A stretch of 64,000 nucleotides of DNA. Origin: an uncultured Eubacteriales bacterium (GTDB taxonomy: Bacteria > Bacillota > Clostridia > Christensenellales > Aristaeellaceae). The position numbers were made by a program, and so were the translations under genes. The DNA is taken from contig ONRC01000005.1 of the NCBI GenBank assembly GCA_900320085.1, forward strand, positions 35,735 to 99,734, read 5' to 3'. Below, piece by piece: positions 15,302-28,443 of the stretch (position 1 is its first letter; the number at the start of each line of letters is the position of its first letter). The notes under the pieces were generated by a model. It was not told the origin of the DNA, did no database searches, and saw only the letters and a list, made by a program, of their open reading frames with translations.

Positions 15302-17830
15302 TCAAATATCGTCGTTGTTTTCGGGCTCGGAAGCGGACGCTTCGTCCTGGGTGTCCTCCGCGTCTTCCACAGGCAGGTTCACGGGCGTTTCGTCCTCTTC
15401 CGGTTCCTCTTCCTTTTCGGCGCGGGCCACGGCCACGATGCGGCTGCCCTCCGCCACGCGCATGAGGCGCACGCCCTGGGTGGCGCGGCCGCAGACGCGG
15501 ATATCCTCCACCGGCGTGCGGATGACAGTGCCATCGTCGGTGATGAGCAGGATGTCTTCATCCGGATGCACCATCAGCTGCGCCACCAGCCAGCCGGTCT
15601 TTTCGGTCAGGTTCATGGCGATGATGCCCTTGCCGCCGCGGTTGGTTTCGCGGTACGCCTCGGGCTCGGTGCGCTTGCCGTAGCCGTTCTCGGTGATGGA
15701 CAGCACATGGCAGTCCTCCTCGATCACGCACAGGTCGGTCACCTCGTCGCCCGCCTCCAGGTTCATGCTCTTGACGCCGTGGCTCACGCGGCCCATAGAG
15801 CGCACGTGGCGTTCGGCAAAGCGGATGGCCTTGCCCTTCCGGGTGCCCAGGAGCAGTTCTTCCCCGTCGCGGCACATTTCCACGCCGATCAGCTCGTCGC
15901 CCTCGTTGAGCACGATGGAGATGAGGCCCGCCTTGCGCAGGTTCTGGAATTCAGAGAGCGCGGTCTTTTTGATCAGGCCCTCCCTGGTCGCCATGATCAG
16001 ATAGCAGCCTTCCGCCATTTCGGGCATGGGGATCATGTTGGTCACCTTTTCCCCGCCGGACAATTGCAGCAGGTTCACGATGGCGGTGCCCCGGGCGGTG
16101 CGGCTGGCTTCGGGGATCTGATAGCAGGTCAGGGTGTACACCCGGCCCTTATTGGTAAAGAACAGGATGGGCTCGTGGGAATTGACGATGCGGATGTTTT
16201 CGGCATAGTCATCTTCCCTGGTGGTCATGGCGCTGACGCCCTTGCCGCCCCGGCCCTGGGCCCGGTAGGTGGATTTGCTCAGGCGCTTCACATACCCAAA
16301 GTGGGTCAGGGTGACTACCATATCGTCCACGGCGATCAGGTCGGCAATGTCGATTTCCCCTTCGATGGCGGAGATTTCCGTGCGGCGGGGATCGGCGTAT
16401 TTATTCTTGATTTCCAGCAGCTCGTCCTTCACCACACCCAGCAGCTTCTGCTTGTCGGCCAGCAGGGACTGCAGGTATTCGATGGTCTTTTCCAGTTCCT
16501 GATATTCCTCCAGCAGCTTGTCCCGTTCCAAACCGGTCAGACGGGCCAGGCGCATGTCCAGGATGGCCTGGGCCTGCTTGTCGGAGAAATCGAAGGTGTC
16601 CATCAACTGCTGCTTGGCCGTGGGGGTGTCGGGGCTCTGGCGGATGATGCGCACGATCTCGTCGATATGATCCAGCGCTTTGAGCAGGCCCTCCAAAATG
16701 TGGGCCCGGGCCAGGCTCTTGTCCAGGTCGTACTTGGTGCGGCGGGTCACCACGTCCTCCTGGTGGAGGATATAGTAATACAGCGCGTCCCGCAGGGACA
16801 GCACCTTGGGTTCCCCGTTCACCAGGGCCAGCATGATGACGCCGAAGGTGTCCTGCAGCTGGGTATGCTTGTACAGGTAATTCAGCACCACCTGGGCCTG
16901 TACGTCGCGCTTTAATTCGATCACGATGCGCATGCCGTTGCGGTCGGATTCGTCGCGGATATCGCTGATACCGTCCAGGCGCTTTTCATGCACCAGCTCG
17001 GCGATCTTTTCCACCAGCCGGGCCTTGTTGACGGCGTAGGGAATTTCGGTCACGATGATGCGGTCGCGGCCGGAGGACATGGATTCGATCTCCGTCTTGG
17101 CCCGGGTGATGATACGGCCGCGGCCCGTATGGTAGGCTTCCCGGATGCCGCTGCGGCCCAGGATGATGCCGCCGGTGGGGAAGTCCGGGCCCTTGATGTG
17201 CTCCATCAGGTCGTCCAGGGTGGCTTCGGGATTGTCGATCAGGCATGCGCAGCCGTCGATCACCTCGCCCAGGTTGTGAGGCGGGATGTTCGTCGCCATG
17301 CCCACGGCAATGCCGCTGGTGCCATTCACCAAAAGGTTGGGGAAACGGGCGGGCAGCACGGTAGGCTGCATCAGGGTCTCGTCGAAGTTGGGATAAAAAT
17401 CCACCGTGTCCTTCTCGATGTCCTGGAGCATGGCGGTGCAGATTTTGCTCATGCGGGCTTCCGTGTAACGCATGGCCGCCGCGCCGTCGCCGTCGATGGA
17501 GCCGAAATTGCCCTGACCGTCCACCAGCATGTAGCGCAGGTTGAAATCCTGGGCCAGGCGCACCATGGCGTCGTACACGCTGCTGTCGCCGTGGGGGTGG
17601 AACTTGCCCAGCACGTCGCCCACCAGACGGGCGGACTTGCGGTAGGGCTTGTCCGGCGTCATGCCCAGCTCGTTCATATCGTACAGGATGCGCCGGTGCA
17701 CGGGCTTGAGGCCGTCCCGCACGTCGGGCAGCGCCCGGTCCACGATGACGCTCATGGCGTAGCTGATAAAGCTCTGCCGCATCTCGTGTTCCAGGTCGGT
17801 GGGGATCAGTCTGTCTTGGATGTCGCTCAT
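15302..17830 (-). CDS. gyrA: DNA gyrase subunit A
   Basis: 842 aa. [31 protein letters not shown] and [10 protein letters not shown] (active-site Tyr region). Acidic C-terminal tail. Confidence 0.97.
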   Translation of the reverse strand: MSDIQDRLIPTDLEHEMRQSFISYAMSVIVDRALPDVRDGLKPVHRRILYDMNELGMTPDKPYRKSARLVGDVLGKFHPHGDSSVYDAMVRLAQDFNLRYMLVDGQGNFGSIDGDGAAAMRYTEARMSKICTAMLQDIEKDTVDFYPNFDETLMQPTVLPARFPNLLVNGTSGIAVGMATNIPPHNLGEVIDGCACLIDNPEATLDDLMEHIKGPDFPTGGIILGRSGIREAYHTGRGRIITRAKTEIESMSSGRDRIIVTEIPYAVNKARLVEKIAELVHEKRLDGISDIRDESDRNGMRIVIELKRDVQAQVVLNYLYKHTQLQDTFGVIMLALVNGEPKVLSLRDALYYYILHQEDVVTRRTKYDLDKSLARAHILEGLLKALDHIDEIVRIIRQSPDTPTAKQQLMDTFDFSDKQAQAILDMRLARLTGLERDKLLEEYQELEKTIEYLQSLLADKQKLLGVVKDELLEIKNKYADPRRTEISAIEGEIDIADLIAVDDMVVTLTHFGYVKRLSKSTYRAQGRGGKGVSAMTTREDDYAENIRIVNSHEPILFFTNKGRVYTLTCYQIPEASRTARGTAIVNLLQLSGGEKVTNMIPMPEMAEGCYLIMATREGLIKKTALSEFQNLRKAGLISIVLNEGDELIGVEMCRDGEELLLGTRKGKAIRFAERHVRSMGRVSHGVKSMNLEAGDEVTDLCVIEEDCHVLSITENGYGKRTEPEAYRETNRGGKGIIAMNLTEKTGWLVAQLMVHPDEDILLITDDGTVIRTPVEDIRVCGRATQGVRLMRVAEGSRIVAVARAEKEEEPEEDETPVNLPVEDAEDTQDEASASEPENNDDI

Positions 17831-17994
17831 GGAAGGTACTTCCTTTCAGGCGTTGTAGTCATTTTTAAAAGAGGTTATTGCGAAACCCCTCAGTCGGCTT
17901 CGCCGACAGCTCCCCTGATAGGGGAGCCGGGAACGGAAGCCTTTTTTGCCTCCCCTATCAGGGGAGGTGGCGCGAAGCGCCGGAGAGGTCCGGT

Positions 17995-18615
17995 TTACTC
18001 CGTAGGCATATTCAGATCATCCGCCGCGCGGGAGGGAATGAACTGGGCGGTGGCGATCACCGCGCCGTTGGCGGTGGGAACAAAGGTGACCAAGAAAGCG
18101 TACAGCCCGCCGTACTGCATCACCGCGAAGCAGGGACCGTCCATGGTGTCCGGTTGGATGAAGGCGTCGGTCAGCGTCAATAAAGAGGACAGCGCCAGCA
18201 CAGCATCCCCTTCCTGGCTTGCCAGTATCGCGCCGGTGCTGTTATACAGCCGCTGCCAGGTAAGCGTTTTCAGGGCGGGCGATACTTCCGCGGCAAAGAG
18301 CAGGATGTGGGGATCGCCCGGCTCATACATGGCAAACGCGTCGTCAGTGCGCACGATGGTCACGTCCACGGGCTGAGTGAAATCCTGCATCTGCACCAGG
18401 GCCAGCACGTCCTTTACGCCATCGGGAATCTGGATCAAAGACAGATATTCCTCGCTGTGCAGCGCTTCGTTGAACAGCCCGGCGTATTCCATGGCCCGCT
18501 CATGCAGGCTGGTGTAAAGCGGATCGTCTTCCTGCAATTTCACCGGCGGGGTGTCCGCCAGCGCGGAGGGAATGACCAGCAGGAAGCATACGAGAATACA
18601 TAACAGTTTTTTCAT
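17995..18615 (-). CDS. Secreted protein of unknown function (signal peptide)
   Basis: 206 aa from ATG 18615: MKKLLCILVCFLLVIPSALADTPP is signal-peptide like. No recognisable domain. The longer track ORF start lies in a family-C repeat. Confidence 0.55.
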   Translation of the reverse strand: MKKLLCILVCFLLVIPSALADTPPVKLQEDDPLYTSLHERAMEYAGLFNEALHSEEYLSLIQIPDGVKDVLALVQMQDFTQPVDVTIVRTDDAFAMYEPGDPHILLFAAEVSPALKTLTWQRLYNSTGAILASQEGDAVLALSSLLTLTDAFIQPDTMDGPCFAVMQYGGLYAFLVTFVPTANGAVIATAQFIPSRAADDLNMPTE

Positions 18616-18633
18616 CAAATACCCTTTTATACC

Positions 18634-18760
18634 TTTCTCGGAAGGGGGTCTGGGGGAAACCATCTTTGGGGCCGAAGCGCCCGGGAAACCTGCCCTTGGG
18701 CTGGTTTTCAGCGGAGGCCGGGCCGGAAGGCCCCGGACAGCAAAGAGCGGTTTCCCCCAG
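18634..18760 (+). repeat. Family-C palindromic element, copy C2
   Basis: TTTCTCGGAAGGGGGTCTGGGGGAAACC...CAAAGAGCGGTTTCCCCCAG, ending 10 nt downstream of the gyrB stop codon. Confidence 0.8.
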
Positions 18761-18769
18761 TTCCGTCCC

Positions 18770-20779
<2,010 letters not shown>

Positions 20780-20940
20780 TCAAACAAATAATATTTCACC
20801 TGCTTATTATACCACAAAACCGGGAAAAATGGAAGGGTTCCTTCTTATATAATGGCATTTTCCCATGGAGAAAAAAGAGGGATTTTGACCGGTTATACCA
20901 TGATCATGCTATGAACTTTTAAAATACTGACAGGCGTGTT

Positions 20941-21530
20941 GCAAAGGGAGACGACGAGGCGAGGGCCTGTGCGGCCCTCGTGCACCTGCACCAGGAGATT
21001 TCTCACGGGGCTGCCGCCCGGCCTACGCTGACAATGATCCACTGGATCATTGTCCGGGCGCTTCGGCCCTCCTGGACCTCAATAGCGGAAACTGTTTGAA
21101 TGATAAAGTCAGCTTGGTTCCCGCAGAAGCGGGGAGGAACGCGGAAGTCTGGCTTGGCGCCGTGGCGCTTCTGGCCCGGCGGCAAAGCCGCCAGCCCGGA
21201 TGCTTTGCATCCGGGGAAAGCCAGGGAATCAACCGCAGGGGTAAGTTCACTTTCCCCTGCGGTTGATTCCCTGGCTTTCTTGGGCCAGAAGCCCTCAAAC
21301 TATCCGTTACCCCAGCGCACCAGGCGGAGCTTGTTTGCTTACCTCAAATCCGTTATTTCGCCAGTTGCGGGTCCAGGGCAGTCACCGCCCTGGCGCAGGA
21401 CGAACCGCCGATGACCGCCTGTGGCGGAATTCTCATCGGCGGTGAGATCAGCCGAAACAAGCAATGTCCGTAGGACTTGCGCCGATTGAGGCTGCGGAAC
21501 TGGGGGGCGCGCAGCCCCCAGCGTTCCCTT
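20941..21530 (+). repeat. Family-A modular intergenic element, copy 2 (carries M1, M3, one M2)
   Basis: Near-identical to copy 1 over 20941-21180 and collinear thereafter. Lies between the gyrB upstream region and the mscL 3' end, antisense to both neighbours. Confidence 0.85.
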
Positions 21531-21647
21531 TGGTCAGTTTTGAACATCGTCCATGAAAGTACGACTGTTAAAAGGAAAACAGCAGAACAGAAAAAAGCGG
21601 CGGAATATTTCATCCGTCGCTTTATGAAAATCGGATTCAAACGCGGT

Positions 21648-22064
21648 TTACGCGGCCTTGTACTTGGGCAGCTCGCTGGTGCAGTGGGGGCAGCGGGTAG
21701 CTTCCTTGGCGATTTCGGAGCAGCAGAAGGGGCACTTGCGGGGCTCTTCCTTGGGCGGTTCGGGCTTCTTGGTCAGGTTCTTGGCGGCGTTCATGGCCTT
21801 GATGATCACGAACAGCACCAGCGCGGTAAGCACGAATTCAATCACGACACCCAGGAAGCTCATGATGCTGCCGGCGAACCCAGGCTGGTTGCCGTTGAGC
21901 GCGGCGGCGGCGGTGATGTTTTCGATGATGGGATTGAGGAAAATGTCGATCACGGCGGTGACCACCTTGCCGAACGCGGCACCGATGATAACACCGACGG
22001 CCATGTCGATCACGTTTCCTCTGAGGGCAAACTCCTTGAACTCTTTGAGCAGCTTCTTAAACAT
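21648..22064 (-). CDS. mscL: Large-conductance mechanosensitive channel with C-terminal CxxC...CxxC zinc-ribbon tail
   Basis: MFKKLLKEFKEFALRGNVIDMAVGVIIGAAFGKVV is the canonical MscL N-terminus. The tail is CPFCCSEIAKEATRCPHC. Confidence 0.9.
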   Translation of the reverse strand: MFKKLLKEFKEFALRGNVIDMAVGVIIGAAFGKVVTAVIDIFLNPIIENITAAAALNGNQPGFAGSIMSFLGVVIEFVLTALVLFVIIKAMNAAKNLTKKPEPPKEEPRKCPFCCSEIAKEATRCPHCTSELPKYKAA

Positions 22065-22102
22065 GCGTATCTCCTCCTTTTTGCGATTGATTTCTTGCTT
22101 GT

Positions 22103-22131
22103 ATTATAGCACGGGCAGCGTAGCAAATCAA
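22103..22131 (-). promoter_or_regulatory. Putative sigma-A promoter of mscL
   Basis: Minus strand TTGATT, 17 nt spacer, TATAAT, about 35 nt upstream of the AGGAGG RBS. Confidence 0.5.
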
Positions 22132-22184
22132 GCAAACCACACGAAAAACAACAAAAAAATCAGTGAAAATGCACGGACTGAAAA

Positions 22185-22814
22185 TTATTCCAACAGCGTT
22201 TTCCTGAGCTCCTCCATCGTGCGGAAACGCCAGAGCGCATCATAATCGGCATAGAAATCATCGGGGTCGAACAGCGCGCCGGGCATGTGCGCGTTCTTCG
22301 CGGCGTCCAGGTCAATGTCCCGGTCGCCCACCATCACGCAGTCCTTTAAGTCCAGTCCGTGCTTGCCGACCAAGTAATTCAGCGCGTCCGGCGCGGGCTT
22401 GGAGGGGAAGCCGTCCAGGGTGGTGATGGTTTCGGTGAACAGGCCGGTGATGCCGTCGTGCTCCAGCCATCGGAACACGCTGCCGCTGCGGTGGGTGTAG
22501 AGGTAGTTCTTTCCCCCGCGCGCCACCACTTCTCTCAGCGTCTCCAGCGCGCCGGGGAAGGGCCGGATGGACTCCTCGCCCTCCTGTTCGCTGTGGCGGT
22601 GGTAAATCTCCAGGAATTGGTCATAAGTGTATCCCAGCGGCTCGGCCCATTTCGCGCACACCGCGAACAGGCTGCGCTTCGCCACGGGGAACACCTCCTC
22701 CGCCGTCAGCTTTACGCCCATATCCCCCAGCGCATTGGTGGCCGCGCGGGTGATGCGGCCATAGGTGTCGTACAGCGTGCCGTCAAAGTCCCAGAAAAAA
22801 TGGCGGTATTTCAC
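22185..22814 (-). CDS. HAD-superfamily phosphatase (phosphoglycolate phosphatase-like)
   Basis: FWDFDGTLYDT (motif I DxDGT), SKPAPD, and VGDRDIDLDAAKNA (motif IV). A GTG start at 22814, 9 nt after AAAGGA, is chosen. The track ORF is 5'-extended through non-coding sequence. Confidence 0.75.
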   Translation of the reverse strand: MKYRHFFWDFDGTLYDTYGRITRAATNALGDMGVKLTAEEVFPVAKRSLFAVCAKWAEPLGYTYDQFLEIYHRHSEQEGEESIRPFPGALETLREVVARGGKNYLYTHRSGSVFRWLEHDGITGLFTETITTLDGFPSKPAPDALNYLVGKHGLDLKDCVMVGDRDIDLDAAKNAHMPGALFDPDDFYADYDALWRFRTMEELRKTLLE

Positions 22815-22899
22815 GATCAAACATCCTTTCGTACAAGAACCGTTATAGAAAACGATCCGGCTTTGTGGTAGAATAGAAAAGCAAAGGAGGCGAAGCAGA

Positions 22900-23895
22900 A
22901 TGAATTTCTCCATCGGCAGACTGCCCCATGGCAGCCGCAACCTGATTACCGATGTGCCGGGGGTGCGCGTGGGCCACGCGACGGTGGACGAAGGGGACTG
23001 CCACACGGGCGTGACCGTGGTGCTGCCGCCCCGGGAAAACCCGTTTACGGACAAGCTGACGGCAGCCTGCTGTGTGTTCAACGGCTTCGGGAAAACCCTG
23101 GGCCTGGTGCAGCTGGAGGAACTGGGCCAGCTGGAAACCCCCATTGCCCTGACCAACACCCTGAACGTGGGCAAGGTCCACGACGCGCTGGTGAGCTACA
23201 TGATCAGCCTCTGCCAGCGGGACGGCGTGAAGCTGACCTCCGTGAACCCCGTCGTCTGCGAATGCAACGACAGCCGCATCAGCGACATCGTTCAGCGCCC
23301 CATCGGGGAAAAAGAAGTGTTTGCCGCTATCGCGTCCGCTTCTTCTGATTTCGCCCAAGGCGCGGTCGGCGCGGGCCGCGGCACCGTCTGCTACGGCATG
23401 AAGGGCGGCGTCGGCTCCTCCTCCCGCCTGATGGAAATCGACGGGAACACGTATACCCTGGGCGTGCTGGTGCAAAGCAATTACGGCGCGTCGGCGGACT
23501 TCCGCGCGGCCTGCCTGCCGGAGGAGCTTTCGGAATGCGATCAGGGCAGCATCATCCTGATTGCCGCCACCGACCTGCCGCTGTCCTCCCGTCAGCTCAA
23601 GCGCGTACTGCGCCGGGCCTCCGTGGGCATGGCGCGCTTAGGCTCCTACATTGGCCATGGCAGCGGGGAAATCGCCGTGGGCTTTACCACGGCCAAGCCG
23701 GAAACTCACGGCAGCTTCCAGACGCAGACCGTCCTGCGGGAAGACCTGATGAACCTGCCCTTCCGCGCCATCGGGGAGTGCGCCGAGGAAGCCATCCTGC
23801 AATCCCTCTGGCATGCCGCCCCGGATCACGCGCTGGACGGCACGCCGATTCCCTCCCTGCGGGAGTTTTTAGCGGATAGAAAGCGGGAAAAATAA
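22900..23895 (+). CDS. Peptidase family S58 (DmpA/P1 aminopeptidase-like)
   Basis: NLITDVPGVRVGHATV...TGVTVVL at the N-terminus and GSIILIAATDLPL around the self-processing Ser/Thr region are typical of DmpA-type Ntn hydrolases. Confidence 0.7.
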   Translation: MNFSIGRLPHGSRNLITDVPGVRVGHATVDEGDCHTGVTVVLPPRENPFTDKLTAACCVFNGFGKTLGLVQLEELGQLETPIALTNTLNVGKVHDALVSYMISLCQRDGVKLTSVNPVVCECNDSRISDIVQRPIGEKEVFAAIASASSDFAQGAVGAGRGTVCYGMKGGVGSSSRLMEIDGNTYTLGVLVQSNYGASADFRAACLPEELSECDQGSIILIAATDLPLSSRQLKRVLRRASVGMARLGSYIGHGSGEIAVGFTTAKPETHGSFQTQTVLREDLMNLPFRAIGECAEEAILQSLWHAAPDHALDGTPIPSLREFLADRKREK

Positions 23896-23929
23896 GAGGA
23901 CAGACACACTCTGCCCTCTTTATTTTTCA
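23896..23929 (+). terminator. Intrinsic terminator after the S58 peptidase gene
   Basis: AGAGGACAGA-CACAC-TCTGCCCTCT (one mismatch) followed by TTATTTTT. Confidence 0.6.
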
Positions 23930-25054
23930 CTTTTCCCAATACGACATCACTTCGCCGGGAGACGATTCCAAATGAATCCGGTTGATTTCCTCCAGCTCCG
24001 CCAGGCGGCGGGGGGGCTGGCAGTAAGGGCAGGGCGTGAGGGAGGCAAAGCTGTCCTCCTCCAATTGACCGTAGGTGAAGGACTCCATCTGTGCCCAATA
24101 CTTTTCCTTGATGCCCCGGCAGTCGTGCTCGGTGTGGTAATTGCTGCCGCCGTTGGGATTGTAGTACAGCAGAGTGTCGTCCGACGGGATCTCGACCTGG
24201 CGGCCCTGGTAATCTTCCCAAACCACCAGCTTGGTGCCGTTCTTGATATTGTCCCAGATCCACTTCATGTTGATGCCGTCCTGATTTTTCAGCCGCTGCA
24301 CCCGGATGCAGCCGTGGCTGGCACGGGTGCCCAGCTTGGGCTCGTTGTACTTATAATTCTTGGAGCCGTCGCCGTTTTTGGTGTGGGGCACCTCATGCAG
24401 CAGATCGCCGCTGTTGAAGCGCATGCCCATGGCGCAGGTCAGGCTGTCGCTTTTGAAATCGCCCACCCGGGACACGATGATGAACTCGCCGGAGCGGGTT
24501 TCGTTGTAGGGCTGCTTTTCGTTATACAGGCCGGTGGACACGGCCAGAGTGCTCATCAGGTGGCCGTCGTGGAAAATGTACAGCGTCTGGGTCAGCTTGT
24601 CGATCACGATGCCGTAATCCTGGTTGACCTTCTTTTCTTTCAGCTTATTGGACTGCACATAGCCGGTCACGAACTGGTTCCAGTTTTTCACCTTGCTGTC
24701 GTGGAAGGAGCTGGAATAGGTTTCCACCAGCGCCCAGCCGTCCTTGTTTTTTTCCAGTACGTGCACCGCCTGGCTGGCCCCGGTGATGACGCCGATCTGT
24801 TCGCTGTTTTTATCGGGCTCGGCGTACAGGATCACCTGATCCCTCTGCCCCGCGTCCACGATGGTGATGGGGGCCGTCAGCATGGCCCACACCGCTTCCT
24901 CGTCGTGAATGTCCATGGGGGTACACCAGTAGCAGGCTTCATGCCCGGGCCGGTAGATGCTGCGGCAGGCGGGGGTGATCGCTTCCTCCGCCAGCGCCGC
25001 GGAAACAAAAAAGATCAAAAATACAGTCAAGAGCGAAAACAGGATTTTCCGCAT
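23927..25054 (-). CDS. Secreted L,D-transpeptidase (YkuD domain) protein
   Basis: Signal peptide MRKILFSLLTVFLIFFVSAALA. YkuD catalytic motif ASHGCIRVQ. RBS AAGGAGG. Confidence 0.8.
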   Translation of the reverse strand: MRKILFSLLTVFLIFFVSAALAEEAITPACRSIYRPGHEACYWCTPMDIHDEEAVWAMLTAPITIVDAGQRDQVILYAEPDKNSEQIGVITGASQAVHVLEKNKDGWALVETYSSSFHDSKVKNWNQFVTGYVQSNKLKEKKVNQDYGIVIDKLTQTLYIFHDGHLMSTLAVSTGLYNEKQPYNETRSGEFIIVSRVGDFKSDSLTCAMGMRFNSGDLLHEVPHTKNGDGSKNYKYNEPKLGTRASHGCIRVQRLKNQDGINMKWIWDNIKNGTKLVVWEDYQGRQVEIPSDDTLLYYNPNGGSNYHTEHDCRGIKEKYWAQMESFTYGQLEEDSFASLTPCPYCQPPRRLAELEEINRIHLESSPGEVMSYWEK

Positions 25055-25150
25055 ACGTTCCTCCTTAGGCGCTTCTAACACAGCCATATCATACCACATC
25101 CGTCTGCGGATTGCAAATCCCGTTCCCCGCTCTCCGAATCATTTTACAAT

Positions 25151-26110
25151 TCAGTTCCCGGTTTCCAGGTTCAGATACCGGCATTCATCCTCCGTGAGCT
25201 TCAGGTTCAGGGCCGCGATATTCTCCTGAATCCGGGCGGGGGAGGACATGGTGGCGATGGCGAAGGTATTCATGGGCTGGCTGTACACCCAGGCCATGGC
25301 GATCTGCGCCACAGAGCAGCCCTTCTGCGCCGCCAGCTCCTCGCACCGGGCCAGGCGCTGATAGTTGTCCGCACAGCCGTAGCCCTTCATGGCGAACGAA
25401 TCCAGCACCCTTCCGGCGTTCTTTGCGTCGCTGCTTTTCAGCTTACCGGACAGCAGCCCCCGCCCCAGGCTGGAATAAGCGAACACGGGCGTTTGCGTCT
25501 CGGTATACCAGCGCCGCGCATCGGCGTTTTCATCGCCGGTCAGGGACACGCAGCCCCCGCCGTAGGGGTCCGCCTGCTGGCGGGCCAGGCTGAAATGCGG
25601 ACTGGAAACGGAGAAGGGCACAAGGCCGCGCTTCTCCGCGTACTCCTGGGCCTGGCGGAACCGCTCATACGTCCAGTTGGACGCGCCGAAGGCGTCGATC
25701 TTGCCCTCCGCTTTCAGCGCGTTCATGATCTCGATCATGGCCCCCGGCTCCACGGACGGATGGTCGCGGTGGAATAAATAAATATCGATCCTGTCCGTGC
25801 CCAGCTCCCGCAGGGAGGTTTCCAGATCCTTGCGGATGTCCTTTTCCGTCAGCCGCATGGGATGCAGAAGCGAAGGATGGGCGCACTTGCTTACGATCAC
25901 CACTTCCTCCCGGTGCTTTCCCAGCCATTGTCCGATCACGCGCTCGGACTGGGCGTATACCCGCGCTGTGTCCAGCGTGTTGATGCCCGCCGCCAGCGCG
26001 GCGTCCATTACGGCGCTCATGTCTTTTCCGCCATTGAATCCGTCCGACGCGCAGCCCAGAATGATCCTGGACACTGGCAGCCGAACCTGCGGAATGGAAC
26101 GGTATTCCAT
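25151..26110 (-). CDS. Aldo/keto reductase
   Basis: 319 aa. INTLDTARVY, DIYLFHRD and GASNW motifs. Confidence 0.85.
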   Translation of the reverse strand: MEYRSIPQVRLPVSRIILGCASDGFNGGKDMSAVMDAALAAGINTLDTARVYAQSERVIGQWLGKHREEVVIVSKCAHPSLLHPMRLTEKDIRKDLETSLRELGTDRIDIYLFHRDHPSVEPGAMIEIMNALKAEGKIDAFGASNWTYERFRQAQEYAEKRGLVPFSVSSPHFSLARQQADPYGGGCVSLTGDENADARRWYTETQTPVFAYSSLGRGLLSGKLKSSDAKNAGRVLDSFAMKGYGCADNYQRLARCEELAAQKGCSVAQIAMAWVYSQPMNTFAIATMSSPARIQENIAALNLKLTEDECRYLNLETGN

Positions 26111-26225
26111 ACGTGTCGCCTCCTGAGAAGATATTCAGACTGAATCATACTGATGGCGGACAAGCTCAGCCTTAGAGCTTAGAACTTAAAACCCGTTATG
26201 CGCCATGTTCATTCGCCGGCAAAAA

Positions 26226-27128
26226 TCATTTCCGCAGCCTGGCCAGCGGCCTGCTCTGCAGGCGTTTCCGTTCTCCTTCAATTTCATGCTTGACCCGCTT
26301 CATTTCCTCGGTGGCCGTCGTTTCGTCGTACAGCATACCGATCAGCGCGTCCTGCTTTTCGATGATGGTATTCTTGATCATGGCTGTAGGCTCCATGCGC
26401 GCGGTGATACGTTCCTCCGCCTCCCGGCGGATTTTTTCCGTTTCGGCCTTGATCGCTGCCAGTCGGGCGTTAATACGCTCCGTGCGGTACACTACCTCCG
26501 GGTATGCGTCCGCGAAACGGCGGTAGAAGATGTTCCGGTCGCTGAGCAGCACGCGGATCTCGCGGTTGATTTCCTCGGTGTTGTCGGCCTCGCTGCGCTC
26601 AATGCCCGACTTTACCAGCTTCAGCACGAAGTGGGTCACCGCATAGTCGGCGGCGAAAACGCACAGCAGCGCGGCGTCGATGATCTCGCGGGTTTGGAGG
26701 GAAAGCCGTTCAAAGAGCCGGAACAGCGGCGGGTTGATGATATGAATGATCGCCACGCCGCCCAGGCCGAACAGAATCAGGTTGCCGATCCAAATACGCC
26801 CGTGCAGGTTCATGGGCTTCTGGCTGTAATCCCACCATCGGGCGTGGAAGCGCTTTTCCATAAAATAGCTGGTGAAGTATTCCACCGCTCCGCACAGCAG
26901 GAAGGAGGCCAGAAACGTTATCCCATACCCCTTTTCTACCGGGCCCAGGCCGCCCACTACCAACGTGATCAGCGCCGCGCCTGTGCCGTAAATGGGGCAG
27001 ATGGGGCCGGTGAAAAAACCGCGGTTGATGAAGCGATGATACTGAATGTATTTCAGCGTCACCTCCACACACCAGCCCAGGAACGAATAAAAGAAAAACA
27101 GCAGCACAAGGTTTATCACATACAGCAT
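26226..27128 (-). CDS. Membrane protein, putative ABC-transporter type IV (DUF1113-like), with C-terminal coiled-coil tail
   Basis: FFFYSFLGWCVEVTLKYIQYHRFINRGFFTGPICPIYGTGA is typical of the family. About 5 TM segments. AAGGAG RBS before ATG 27128. Confidence 0.65.
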   Translation of the reverse strand: MLYVINLVLLFFFYSFLGWCVEVTLKYIQYHRFINRGFFTGPICPIYGTGAALITLVVGGLGPVEKGYGITFLASFLLCGAVEYFTSYFMEKRFHARWWDYSQKPMNLHGRIWIGNLILFGLGGVAIIHIINPPLFRLFERLSLQTREIIDAALLCVFAADYAVTHFVLKLVKSGIERSEADNTEEINREIRVLLSDRNIFYRRFADAYPEVVYRTERINARLAAIKAETEKIRREAEERITARMEPTAMIKNTIIEKQDALIGMLYDETTATEEMKRVKHEIEGERKRLQSRPLARLRK

Positions 27129-27162
27129 AAGTGACTCCTTTGTCACCCATCCGTTTGCAGGC

Positions 27163-28442
<1,280 letters not shown>

Positions 28443-28443
28443 G

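Noticed and set aside
21405-21497. Hammerhead ribozyme in module M2, suggested by CGAAAC after a helix and GATGA / CTGAGAT strings upstream.
   Set aside because: The CUGANGA core is not intact (CCGAUGA or CUGAGAU instead). The GAUGA segment is fully Watson-Crick paired in the outer stem. No stem III closing an A-U pair next to a cleavable UH site could be drawn.
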